In this document: positions 26,453-38,100 of the stretch, piece after piece
Layout of the letters: each line of letters begins with the position of its first letter
How positions within the stretch are numbered: position 1 is the stretch's first letter
Source: an uncultured Gammaproteobacteria bacterium
GTDB taxonomy: Bacteria > Patescibacteriota > Patescibacteriia > Magasanikbacterales > GWA2-37-8
DNA length: 64,000 nt
NCBI GenBank assembly: GCA_964478235.1
Contig: CAYZGX010000004.1
Coordinates: forward strand, 4,320-68,319
Direction of reading: 5' to 3'
Notes under the pieces: model-generated
Databases searched by the model: none
What the model was told of the DNA's origin: nothing
What the model saw: the letters and a program-made list of their open reading frames with translations, nothing else
Position numbers and translations under genes: made by a program

Positions 26453-27499
26453 TTATTTTAAAAGCGCTTCGTTCCATTCAAACGCGCCAGTTTGTTCGTT
26501 GTAGACATACAACTCTCGTATTGTATCATCGTTATACTTTACTGCCCACTCTTCGAGCATACCAAGCACCGCTTCAGGATCTTCAAATTGCCCATCTTCA
26601 CTCTGTTTGAATTTACTTTGGGCAACAAGTTGAATATCTAGATAGGTTGGTTTTGGGGTTGGAGCGGCAGCAACAGAAGGTTTTACAGCTGGCTTTGCTT
26701 CGGTCTTTGGGGCGGTTTGTGGGGCTGGAACTGGCTCAGTAACAGCCGAAGAAGGCCCCTCGCCTACAACCTTGCCAGCAAGCGCTCGCTTATATTGCAC
26801 AGCGCCTTCTTCAATATAGGCGTCGATCGCATCAGCCATGCTTGGATTAGTATAGGCCTGCACTGTAGCCCAAATTGACGACGGCTCGCGCTCGGTAAAG
26901 AAGTCGTATAACCCAACGAGTTGCTCGATCAACTCTTTATCTTCAGCAATAGAAAAGCGCATTGCCCCCTCATCATTTTTCGCAAAAAAGGTATCTTTAA
27001 TTTTTCCCATGACTTCGGCCACTTCGAGCGAGGTAGTGGTGCTCAATTTTGTTCGTTTAATATCGGTGATAAGATCTTTAACCAGCACATCTTTTCCTTG
27101 CCACACCCCGACAAACGCCTCAGATTCAAAAAAGGCTTGGCGAATATCTGCATAAAGTACGGCCATATCTTTGTCATCAAGACTGCGTGAAGCCAAATAC
27201 CACATGATTGTTTTCCAGACATCAAAATCAAGAGTAAAGGCCATTGCAATCTGCCGACCAATCACTATCTTTACAAAGGTATCGCGATCGAGCTCAGCAT
27301 AGAGCTTCCAGGATAGCTCTGTATACAATCTAAAATACGTCCAGCGATACAAACTATCAACCCGAGCATTTTCTCCTTTAAAATCTTCGTGGAGTTTGCC
27401 CCAGGTAACCAAAAGATCTTCAGGTTTTTTATGCCCGCTACGAATAGCTTGTTCAATCGCTTCAAACGATTGTATACTGACTTGTTTAACAAACAACAT
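26453..27499 (-). CDS. hypothetical protein (T4SS operon)
   Basis: 348 aa with no recognisable domain. Confidence 0.5.
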   Translation of the reverse strand: MLFVKQVSIQSFEAIEQAIRSGHKKPEDLLVTWGKLHEDFKGENARVDSLYRWTYFRLYTELSWKLYAELDRDTFVKIVIGRQIAMAFTLDFDVWKTIMWYLASRSLDDKDMAVLYADIRQAFFESEAFVGVWQGKDVLVKDLITDIKRTKLSTTTSLEVAEVMGKIKDTFFAKNDEGAMRFSIAEDKELIEQLVGLYDFFTEREPSSIWATVQAYTNPSMADAIDAYIEEGAVQYKRALAGKVVGEGPSSAVTEPVPAPQTAPKTEAKPAVKPSVAAAPTPKPTYLDIQLVAQSKFKQSEDGQFEDPEAVLGMLEEWAVKYNDDTIRELYVYNEQTGAFEWNEALLK

Positions 27500-27542
27500 A
27501 GTGTAAATAAACCGCTCTAAAAACTCTGTTCACTAAATAGTA

Positions 27543-30500
27543 CTAAGGGTTCGCTGGTGGTTGAGGTGGCGGAGGTGTACCAGCGGCACCGCTTTGACCT
27601 GCATTATTACGATTCTGTCTATTTAAATTATCAATAACGCCCTTAACATAATTCTTTTGGTTAGCATCTGTCATACGCTCATAGGCAAACTGCAACATCT
27701 GCGCCAAACCACGGCTATCTTTGGCACTTTTTACTAACTCATCAACCAACTCCTGTGTCTTGCCCCCTGAATTATCCAAAATTTCAGCGAAGTCTGCCTT
27801 GACGTATTCATCAATACTAGAAGTAATGTTGTTGGTAACTGGCGCTACCATTTTCACTACGATATTCTTAGATTCGTCAGATTTGACGACGTATTTACCA
27901 TTTGTATTTTTATCTACCGAACCACCAAAGCCGGCTAAAGTGGTAATTTTAGAGCCGGACAACGCATTGTCACGACGACCTTTCACATAACTTAAGCCAT
28001 CAGAATCATCTTTTGTAAGCACTGTTTTGAGCTGACCATCTGGTAGTGTTTCCACACTGAAAAGACCAGCTAAACTTAGCGCACCTTGACCAGCGGCTTT
28101 TTCAGACTCAAGACGAATTTGCGAGCGTAGTTCTTCAGGAAGAGAGCTAAACTCCCGCTCAACATCAGCCTCACTTACCGCTTTATTTAAAATAGCGCTA
28201 AGACGCTGAGCTTGATTTCTTTTTAGCGCAGGAGCTGCAATTTCAACACTTGAATCAAGCGGAATGTTGGCCCCTGCTTTATTAAGTTCTTTTAATACTG
28301 TCATCTGAATACCTTCAGCGTAGGCAGCGTGACGATCCAAATTACCAATAGACATTTCAATAGCGCCTTGTCGCAACTGATTCAAGGCTGCTGCAGCTTC
28401 TGCTGCTTGCGCTGGGTTTCCTGCTGAAGCCAAAGCTCTTTCGGCATCTTGTACTCTTTTCAACTGCGCAAGACTACGGGCCATAGCGGAGATGAAGTCA
28501 CCAACAACCTGAGCTTCAATTTTAACTTTAGCTTGCTTATCAAGTGTTTTTTGTAAATTAGTGGCTTCGCTAGCGCGATTGTTGCGAGTGAGATATTCGT
28601 CGCGAGCCTTGGCAACTTCTCGTTCTCGCTCAGTGCTTGTTTTATATTCCACCTGCTCAGTGACAGCTTTGGCGGCAAAAAAACCTGGAACACGTTCTTG
28701 AGCGGCCAACGTTTGTTCGGAACGAACAGCCTGACGACCAGCTTCATCGCGCTCGGCGGCTGCTTTTGCACCAAAGACATCAGCTTTTTGTTCGGCTGCC
28801 AAGACACTGGCTTCGCGCTTACTTTCTACACCAGCTTGAACAACATTTTTTTCTGCTTCATATTTAAACACTTTAGCTTTTTGTTCGGCAGCTAGAATTT
28901 GTTCGGCATTTTTAGCTTCAATCTGTGCTTCAGCGGCTTTAGTGTTGGCTCGAGCGCCAAGAATTATACCTTCTCGTTCATGGAATGTTTCATCGCCTTT
29001 TTCCATTAATTTAAGCTCATGCATGGCGTATTTTTCTGCTCGTTTTGCTTCGGAATGTTGTTCGATTTGATGTTCACGAACACCTAAATCAAGCTTGAGC
29101 TGACCTTGCCATGATTTACTCGTGCTGTAGGTTTCTTCCACAATAACCTCCTGCATGTGCGCAGCCTTTTCAACATCTTCTAGACGCTTCTCAGCACGAC
29201 CGCGGGTTTCAACAATCATAGCACCGAGTGTGCCAAGCTTACCGGCCAAACCAGCTTTTTCTTTATTTTTATCAACAGTCCCTTGCTGTTTGGCGAGCTC
29301 TGCCTGTTCTTTTTCTGTCAAACCGCCGCCGGTTCGCTGTTTCTGTTCGAGACGAGCAATTTCTTTTTTAGCAGCAACTGTTTCTTCGATAGCTTTAGCT
29401 TGCGCGTTACGTTTTTCATCAGATTTTCCAATAGCAATTTTTGCCACGTTCAAACCGGTTTCAGCCAAGCGAACGGCTGGACGAGCGGCATATTTAAGAG
29501 CTTCTTTGCCTGCTTCAGCACCTTTATCAACAGCCCATCGTGCCGCCATCGCACCACTGGCATACATACCAACTTTCTTGCCAAAATCCACTGCTTCACC
29601 AGCCCATTCGCCACCGACGCCACCAAGCTGACTGGCAGCACGAGCGCCGACCATCAACATACCAATAGCGATAGCGAAATTGGCCATATTGTTCCAATCC
29701 CAGGCCGCACCAACACCCGATGCCTGATCACCCAAAATACTGTCGGCGTCGGCCGTGTTAATTACCGAGCCACCAGCGATTTCATCATGCACCTTGCCGT
29801 TGCCAGCAGTGACAAAAGCGAGCCAGATAAAAAACAACAACACCGGACCGGTGATGACGTTGGCTGTAAATTCACTCCACCACTGATTAGCATATTCTTC
29901 GGTTTGTGGAAGTACGCTCAACACAAACGCGAGTGGCGACAAAACAATCAGCACCCAGAGCACCACCATGCGGGCAATCAACATGAACAAAATAGCCAGC
30001 ATCATTCCCATCGCAATAGAGGCAAAGACGAGCGAACCAACTGAGGCTAGGAAAATATTCGTATTATCAAAAGTTTTTGGATCAGCACTGGTGGAGAGTT
30101 CGCGAATCTTGTCCAAATTAAACATCTGAATTAAATTACCGCCAGCAGTGGCGGCAATACCGTTCACAAAAGTAATCATCACTACTTGCGCAACATCAAT
30201 CACGACACCACAAATAGTTCGACTAAAGTTCACCAGAATAGCGGCCATCACCATTTTTACCAACATTTTTTTCCATTCGTAATGTTCCAGGCCAAGAATG
30301 GTGCCAAAAGCAATGACTAATAAAATCACAACAAAACCCATGTTGGTAATATCTCGGACCATCACCCAACCAACATTGACGGCGGAGGCATTTAAGAAAT
30401 CGTTATAGCCCGCGAGCTCAATAATAAAACTGAGCGCAAACATGGTGAGCGACAAACACAAGCGAGCGAGCGCCAAAATAATACTGGTGAGAAGCGACAA

Positions 30501-30701
30501 CCAAAAGCCTGGGCTCGAGATGCCATCGGTGGCAGTCTGTACACCTGGGGCTGTTTCGCCGGCAGCAAAAGCCGGGTGAACACCTGCTATTGCCATCGCA
30601 CTTACGATACCAAAAAACATCGCCACACCGATGGTTTTTCGATGGCGATAGAGTGACTTTTTCCATGACGAGACTACTTTTTGGACAAGCTCAAAAGACA
30701 T
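27543..30701 (-). CDS. VirB6/TrbL-like polytopic membrane protein with long C-terminal coiled-coil/Ala-Lys-Glu-rich extension
   Basis: 1052 aa with an N-terminal signal peptide, at least 6 TM helices in the first 450 aa, a coiled-coil-rich C-terminus and a PPPPQPPANP tail. Confidence 0.55.
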   Translation of the reverse strand: MSFELVQKVVSSWKKSLYRHRKTIGVAMFFGIVSAMAIAGVHPAFAAGETAPGVQTATDGISSPGFWLSLLTSIILALARLCLSLTMFALSFIIELAGYNDFLNASAVNVGWVMVRDITNMGFVVILLVIAFGTILGLEHYEWKKMLVKMVMAAILVNFSRTICGVVIDVAQVVMITFVNGIAATAGGNLIQMFNLDKIRELSTSADPKTFDNTNIFLASVGSLVFASIAMGMMLAILFMLIARMVVLWVLIVLSPLAFVLSVLPQTEEYANQWWSEFTANVITGPVLLFFIWLAFVTAGNGKVHDEIAGGSVINTADADSILGDQASGVGAAWDWNNMANFAIAIGMLMVGARAASQLGGVGGEWAGEAVDFGKKVGMYASGAMAARWAVDKGAEAGKEALKYAARPAVRLAETGLNVAKIAIGKSDEKRNAQAKAIEETVAAKKEIARLEQKQRTGGGLTEKEQAELAKQQGTVDKNKEKAGLAGKLGTLGAMIVETRGRAEKRLEDVEKAAHMQEVIVEETYSTSKSWQGQLKLDLGVREHQIEQHSEAKRAEKYAMHELKLMEKGDETFHEREGIILGARANTKAAEAQIEAKNAEQILAAEQKAKVFKYEAEKNVVQAGVESKREASVLAAEQKADVFGAKAAAERDEAGRQAVRSEQTLAAQERVPGFFAAKAVTEQVEYKTSTEREREVAKARDEYLTRNNRASEATNLQKTLDKQAKVKIEAQVVGDFISAMARSLAQLKRVQDAERALASAGNPAQAAEAAAALNQLRQGAIEMSIGNLDRHAAYAEGIQMTVLKELNKAGANIPLDSSVEIAAPALKRNQAQRLSAILNKAVSEADVEREFSSLPEELRSQIRLESEKAAGQGALSLAGLFSVETLPDGQLKTVLTKDDSDGLSYVKGRRDNALSGSKITTLAGFGGSVDKNTNGKYVVKSDESKNIVVKMVAPVTNNITSSIDEYVKADFAEILDNSGGKTQELVDELVKSAKDSRGLAQMLQFAYERMTDANQKNYVKGVIDNLNRQNRNNAGQSGAAGTPPPPQPPANP

Positions 30702-30860
30702 GGAGACAGAATTATCAAATGGATAGGTTTAGTATACCACAAAATAGCCAAACCAACGAGACAATGTGGGGATAATACCTGACTGTTTTGAGCGGTTTTG
30801 GCGAGTTTTGCTGAAAGGTCGTTTTTTTGGCTAAGATACTATCCACAGGGCGCACTAGTC

Positions 30861-30889
30861 TTGACAAAACGCCTGTGCTATGGTATATA
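30861..30889 (+). promoter_or_regulatory. consensus sigma70 promoter with extended -10 facing GC-rich islet 4
   Basis: TTGACA (30861-30866), 17 bp spacer, tggTATATA (30881-30889). Confidence 0.55.
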
Positions 30890-31146
30890 TGTATGTTGTC
30901 TAAGAAAGAGAAGTAGGGCTGTTTTTAGCCATTTCTAGACATTTTGATCATTAAAAACGAGTGCTCGGACAAGAATAGCAATATTCTTCCCCGCCTCTAT
31001 AACGATGGAAATAACACAAGACGACCTAGAGTCGCTGGAGATTGGCCATGAGAAAATTACTTCACAGTACGGAGTAGTTGTCTAACGGCCAATCTCGGCA
31101 ACGGGCAATCACGCCCAACTCAAACCCCCTACACGGGGAGGATCCC

Positions 31147-32022
31147 ATGCGCAGCATGTATCTGAAGGGGCTCCTCGGAGCCATCACCCTTTCTCTCGCG
31201 GTCGCTTGCGGCCCCGGGACGCCCGGCAACCCGGACGGCAACGACATCGGCAACGATGGCGGAGCTGTCTCGGAGAAGGTCGCTGTCAAGAACGTCCAGA
31301 TCGTCGATCTGCAGAAGAACCAGGCCACCTTCAACTTTGAGGTTGTGGGCCAGCCCGTGAGCGTCACGGGTACTTGTAAGACGGTCGGCACCACCGACTG
31401 GCACCAGGAAGGGTACGCTGTAAAGATCGGAGGAGGACGGTTCTCCTACACGGCGGGTCTCAACCCCCGCCTTCTGCCCGACACGGCCTACGAATTCGTC
31501 GCGACGGCCATTGACACCGACGGCGCCACGAGCGAGGTTACGATCTCGTTCACGACGCCCAAGGATGTTCCGGTGGAAGATCCGATGTGGACGTATGCCA
31601 AGGCGGTGATTCAGGGCAAGTACAATGTGGCACGTGAAGACGTGAACGAGCTGGTTGACCCCAACCACATTCGTCTCTCAACCACCTCAACGACGAAGTG
31701 CCCGACCGGCAAGAAGCTCTCGGGCCTCGGCTGGGAGGACTCTATCTGTTTCGACCCGGTGACCCTCACCGGCCACCGCCAGATCGACAATGATCGGATC
31801 GACATCACCTTCGAGATGTGCAACGTCTCGGCGGTGAACGAGAACTTCCCCCAGTTCGCCGAGATCACCAACGCCTGGTGCCAGACGCATGTCTGCCCGG
31901 CCGAGTGTCTCGACCAGTGGGGGCAGCCTCGTAGCGCCCAACTCATCATGCGCAGCACTGAGCTGTTCATGGGCGTAACCACCAACGGAACGAATCTGAA
32001 GGTCGAGAACTTCAACAACTAA
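31147..32022 (+). CDS. hypothetical secreted lipoprotein (GC-rich islet 4)
   Basis: MRSMYLKGLLGAITLSLAVAC, a lipobox-like signal peptide. GGGGAGG lies 7 nt upstream. An upstream ATG at 31078 is possible. Confidence 0.55.
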   Translation: MRSMYLKGLLGAITLSLAVACGPGTPGNPDGNDIGNDGGAVSEKVAVKNVQIVDLQKNQATFNFEVVGQPVSVTGTCKTVGTTDWHQEGYAVKIGGGRFSYTAGLNPRLLPDTAYEFVATAIDTDGATSEVTISFTTPKDVPVEDPMWTYAKAVIQGKYNVAREDVNELVDPNHIRLSTTSTTKCPTGKKLSGLGWEDSICFDPVTLTGHRQIDNDRIDITFEMCNVSAVNENFPQFAEITNAWCQTHVCPAECLDQWGQPRSAQLIMRSTELFMGVTTNGTNLKVENFNN

Positions 32023-32058
32023 CCCAGATAAGGACGTCTGAGTGCATTCCATCGTTCC

Positions 32059-32098
32059 GCGCCGGACCTAACGGGATCAAACCCAATAGGTCCGGCGC
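32059..32098 (+). repeat. perfect 11-bp inverted repeat hairpin (gcgccggacct-N18-aggtccggcgc)
   Basis: Read directly from the sequence. Lies between the islet 4 ORF and the shared terminator. Confidence 0.7.
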
Positions 32099-32101
32099 AC
32101 A

Positions 32102-32136
32102 CAAAAAACCTGTACAGATATTCTGTACAGGTTTTT
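32102..32136. terminator. bidirectional intrinsic terminator (A6-aacctgtacag-atatt-ctgtacaggtt-T6)
   Basis: An 11-bp stem flanked by an A-run and a T-run. Serves the convergent islet 4 ORF and the giant minus-strand gene. Confidence 0.75.
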
Positions 32137-32158
32137 TCGTTTGAGAGATTTCTCCTAG

Positions 32159-35100
32159 TTATTGCGCTGGAGCATCGGCTGGCACTACCACACGGCCAGT
32201 GCCATTACCAAATAATTGCCAAGAAGCTGGGCGAATACTTTTTGTAATTCGATCAACACAAGCGTCCGCAAAACACCCACCCTTAGCCGGGTTACAAGAC
32301 CCAGTACACCAACCCCAGTTATCTTGTGCATACACTTTTGGTTGGAAGACACAGAAACCGTTAGCAAAACTTCCGCCACCAGCCCCAATGTTACACAAGC
32401 CGTTTGGCTGACTAGTATCACTCGTGCTTCGGCAATAGTTTTCACTCGCCTGATTACATTCGTAGACATGATTTTTGAATTGGTAATAGCCAGCGTTACA
32501 CGTCTTGTCTTGGAGAATACCAAAGTGCTGTGACTGTCCAATGATTTCTGGACTACAAATGTCTAATGTTTGACAATCGTTGTTGCTGACGCAAGCAACA
32601 GTCGTCGTGACGCTAGCTGCCAACTCATTTGGGAAAACATTTTTCAGAATACAGCGTTTTGTCGCCGAGCCCGGAACAATCGCTTCACACGAACCATCTT
32701 TAGCCCCGCGTTGGTTGCGGTAATATGACGGATCGCCCGAGATATAATCATCACGAGTGTTGTCGCTATCGCCCCAATTGACGGCTAATTTACGAATCGG
32801 CATTTGATTGTTATCAGCAAAGGCAAAGAAGCGAAGCGAGACTGGTGTCCCAGCAGCAACCGGCACAATACCACCGGTATAGAACTGGTTATTAGCAAAC
32901 ACGGTGATACCTTTCCCGCCTTCCTGACAACGCTCTTTTCCACCAACAAATCGGCAGTTGCCGACAGCGAGGACGGTTGGAGCAAACCCAGAAGTACCGC
33001 GCACATCCCAGCCGTCGCCTTCTTCTTGGTAGGATTCTGGTGTATAACCACCGGTTGTTTTGGTTCGACAAGTTTGTTCACAGACAGCAGTGCGTTGCGC
33101 ATCGCCTAACATTGCTGTGGCGCTACAATAATTAGCGTTAGATAATTCGCCTCCACCAGAACTCGAGATAAAACAATCAGCCGGCACTGAGCAAGCCTGA
33201 CCTTCCATAGCAGCATTATAATCAATTTGATCATCAGAATTTGGCGGACGATAGCAAACCTGTGAATTGGTTGGGAATGTTGGACGAGACAATTCAAAAC
33301 GAGTCGCTTTGGCAAAAATCTTTTTAAGTTGTGTTACAAAACGATCATCTTCTTGCTGATACCCAACCGCTGTAGCATCACTGTCAAAATAGGTTTTAAC
33401 TTTTCTATCATTTGGACTATCAAAATACTCACCAATTGTGCATTTATATTGAGGATCAAACATGCGAGATTTGATAACCACTGCTCCCGGACCAAATCCG
33501 CTCAAACCAACATTAAGTGAAGTGGCGCTATACGGCAAACAATCACCACTTATTGAAGGGAAGGCATTTTCATCAACTTGCTTCCATAGATTTTGAGTAA
33601 AGCCCACAATAGTACTTGGATTATCCCCTGTCTCGTACAGTACCTTACAGCGATCTTCTGTTCGCTTTACTTCGAACTGCCCTGGGAATTCAGCTGGGTA
33701 ATTACCAACTGGTCGCCAATAGATACTAGACTCTGGCTTGACGCAATCAAAGCTGATTCTGATTTCGTCTTCACCGGCTGTATCAGGTCCACAGGCTGGA
33801 ACTGGTTGTTTGTTAATAAGTGTTACTTTTGGAACAAGTCCTGGTGCACACGCATCTTGCAGATTTCTCTCAACACTCCAATCAGCCATGTTTTTAACAT
33901 AGTTAGTAGAGCCAGCGACCATACAAGCCCAAGCGCCACCATCAAGTGTACACTCACTATTGTCACTACCTCGGTAGGTACCGTTTCTTACCAACGCTAT
34001 CGCTTCGGCCAAGCTTACCATATCACCATTAGCATTCTTAAATTTATTAATGATATCATTTTGACTCACAGCGCCATTAAACGAGCCGCCATTAAAGAAT
34101 TTTCCGTCACAATCGAGGTAATACGACAAGTTCGATGCATAGCCATACACCGCTTCCCAACGCTCAGACTGCGCGCAGTAGGTCGGCCCACCCTCAGCAT
34201 ACCCCAACTTACCAGCATCAAAACCGGCTTCCACAAATTGGTTGTAGAGATCAGCGGTACCATTGGTGCGCCCCGGGAACCAGGTGAGACACTGTTGGTC
34301 GTCTGGGTTGCCGTAGAGAACGCTGCGAGAATCTGTTTCTAAGCAATATCCGCGGTAGCCAAGCAATTTAGAGCTATTTGTTTGACGCTGACAAGTACCA
34401 TCCGGTGCGCAGTCACTATTTTGCGTACAGACTTTTTCTTGACTATCGGCTGTACGACCATTAGAACCACCGACACACAAACCAACCGGAACACCGGCCA
34501 CACGACACAAACCACCACCACTGCTACACTGGCTATCTTCGGTACACCCGGTGACCTCAGTATCATCAGTATAATCACCACCAACACAGACCAGACCGAC
34601 TGAGGCTGCTGGAGCTTTTATTAAACCTTCCGTCATGTTTGGCTTCTCGCGATTCCAATAGCGCACGAGGGCATCACCATAGTTGACTTTGGTGTAATCA
34701 CAGTCACAAGCTGTATTTGACGGAGAGCCATCGAGGCCTGGAACGGCAGTTTCGCCACACTTGTTGGCGAGGCCGTACACGGCGTTGTTGTTTTTGAGGA
34801 ACGTGGTGAATGGGAACGGAGCATCTTTTTCTGGATAGCCACGGCAAATCTGACTTTGAGCTTTTTCAAGTTCGCCAAAATCATTTTTACCATCAATGGT
34901 GCGAACGCAAGTTTTGTTGATACACAAACCTTGGTTGGTGAGTTTGCCACACACCTGACCATCTACTTTACACGAAGTACTCTTGTTTTGCTGAGTGATT
35001 GATAAGCCATCAGGGCAGTTTTGTCCACCACAAGGAATCGGCTTGATTAAACGGTAATCTTTTTTATCTGACGATGAAGTGAAGTTGATATCGGTCAATT

Positions 35101-38100
35101 CTTCAACTGGGTAGAGGCCTAAGATTGAGTAGCCAGTATAATCCATACCCGACCAGCCGATAGAGCGACTGCGGTAAATATCTTCGTTCAATACTTGGTT
35201 GGAGTAGTTGCTCTGCACCCAGCGCTTACATCCGCCGTTGCCATCTGACTCAGCACAGCGCTGAACATTCTCACAGATATCTTTATATTTACCTGTGTCA
35301 CGATCAAAAACAGTCTTGGAACCCTGACATTGCAACCATTCACCACATTCGCGATCGCGATTTACTTTGATGATGATATTACCGTCGTTAGCTGGATCAG
35401 CGGTCACTGGAGCTGGCACTTTGCGACCATTGTTGGCTTCGCTCGAAGCGTAGAGCGCTTTGGTGTTAAAGAATTTATTTGGATTGTCTACTTGATCAAA
35501 GACAGCACAGCCTTCTTTTTGGCTTACCTGACCAGCACAATCCCCTTCGCTCACGCGATTATCTTTCAAGAAATAGTACGATTTATTATTATCCGTGCGG
35601 TCGACAAACTGCGTACACGCATTTTGGTTAGTTGGACATTCACCAACAAAATTATTATATTGTGTGTTTTCCGAAGACCACAGACTATATTCACCATTAC
35701 TCAAATAGTTGCGATAACATGGTTGTGAGCCGACGTCGGTACAGGTATTACCAGCGCCACATTGGCTGTCTTGACTACAGTTCTTCCCAGCATCATTACT
35801 ACAGACACCAACACCTTTCCAGAACCAACCGTCGGATTGAACGGTGGTGAACCCCGCCCCGGTTGGGACTTTTACCGGCACACCCTTGGCATAGGCACAG
35901 ACTTTTTGTCCAGTGATAGCTGGATCTTTGAAATAACGAGTATCCGCACCGTCACTATAGGCGTTACAGCCAACAGCCTCAGCTCCGCAAAGCGCTGTGT
36001 CATAGAGAGCTGGGTCATTTTTGATAAGTGCTGTCGTAAACTGAGCACCGCCTGGGGTCAATTGCTGAGCGCCAGCAAAGGTACAGCCGAGATCGGCTTG
36101 ATTACACGTGGCCGCCTGGTTAGCTACCAAATACATTGGGTAGGTGCTAGTGGTGTCGGAAGGGATATAAATAGTGGACGAAACAAAGCCGTTGCTTGCC
36201 CCGCCTGAGAAGGTGGAAATGGCAGTTTTTATTTGCGCTGCTTCGTGGCCACGAACAGTAATATAACAGCCGGTATCGCCAGTTGGGATAACACAGGAAA
36301 AAGCTTCGCCGCCAATAGTAACTTGAGCGGTTGAACCGCCACGACCAGGAACCCAGACGTTATTAGCCGAGGCTTTGGTTTGTGATGGGGTGTTTTTGGT
36401 ATCTAGAACAGCGGTACAGCCAATAGCATTTTCGCGACACAAATAACTGAAACCAGTCAAATAGTAGTTACGGTTATTTTGATCAGCGTAAGCCGAGCAA
36501 CCGAGTGCCTCACCGGGCAAATTATCGGCGACATCGCTATCACAAATTGGATCAACGCTGAGTGATTTTTTAACTAAATACTGAAGATCGCGCACGCGAA
36601 CGACACGAACGTTATCTACAAACAACTGGGTGTTTGGCTGAGTACCCACAAACGAGATTTGTGTTGTTGAGGTGGTGTTGGAATAGGTAAACGGACCAAC
36701 GCGGTAGGTGTTCCAAGTGTCGTTGACCGGAGTGGCACCGACCGGCTGAGTCATTCCACCAACCCGCACCGAAATTGATCCGACATTGCCTTTGGCCCAG
36801 AAGGTGAGGTCATAGGTTTGCCCAGGAATAAGGGTGGTGGCGCGAGAAATTCCAGCAGCCGCAACAGCTGAGAAAGAGTGCTCGTTGACCCGAACAGATT
36901 CACTTGATAACGCTCCACCGCCCCAAGCCGACAAGGCTGACGTTGAAGTGACATTTTCAAAAGTGTCATTGAAGATAATTTCTACATTGTTACCAGCGTT
37001 GCCTTTATAGGCACGGCAGGTGTCAGCACTCGCTGAACAACTGCGACTTACTCCAGCGGTGTTTTCAGCACCACCTGGGAGACCATCATAGAAACAACTA
37101 CCTTCGCGGTATTCACCATTTTGGAAACATAATTTACAAACCCCTACTCCACCACTGGTGTCCCAGAAACCTTTAGCATCTGAACACGAGCCGGCAGTGT
37201 TGGTGGAGCCGTCAGAAACAGTATAGAAATCATTAGTGCTCAAACGATATGGCGTACAGGATTCGCTTACTGGGATAGTGTTAGACAGCAGGCGGTAGTA
37301 GACTTTTCCACTATCATCATTAAATTGACGACAATCGAGCGGTGCTGTGCCGTTCTTATATGATGTTTCAGTACATGAAGCGAGCTGTTCAGCTAACTCA
37401 GCGGTAGTTTTAAAAGAATATTTTGGCGCTCCAAGCGGACCATTAGAAATATCTTTATTTTCTACCAAAAGATAGGTTTTTAGTTGGAAACCACCTTGCA
37501 CTGAACCTTCGTAGGTAATAAAATTCTTACCCGCTTCTTTGCTTGGGTGGGCGCAGGTGCGCAAATAAGAAAAGTATTCAGTCTTTTCGAGGCCGCCTTG
37601 AGTGGTGCTCAAATTGGTGAAAGCGCTACAGCCTTCGTCAACCGCGGCACAAGCAGTACCAGACGATGGAATAATATAGGCAACACTTTGACCGCTTGAA
37701 TAGGTACTTGGCATTTCGCGATACGCATCGTAGCCGATACATTTAGCGTCACACTGATCGTTCCAATCAACTTGATTGCCGATGACTTCAGCTGGGGTGA
37801 ATTTCCCCGGCACACGCTCACTACCCCCGATAGTTGGAGTGTAAAAATTACAATTTACTTCTTCAGGAATACAGACACCGGAATAGTCTTTACAACTTGC
37901 TGAGCCATCAAGACGCGCTAAATCGGCGACAGTCATTGGCTGATCAACCATTAGCGTCGTTGGGTCGGCGTCGTAACATTTCAAATAGTCTGGAGCCTTT
38001 TTAACAAACAACGACTCCCCTGTCCCCGCTACTTTGAACGCTGAACAGCCAGCTGACCCGGCGGAACAACTGGTGGAAACTTTATTGTTGAAATAAATAC

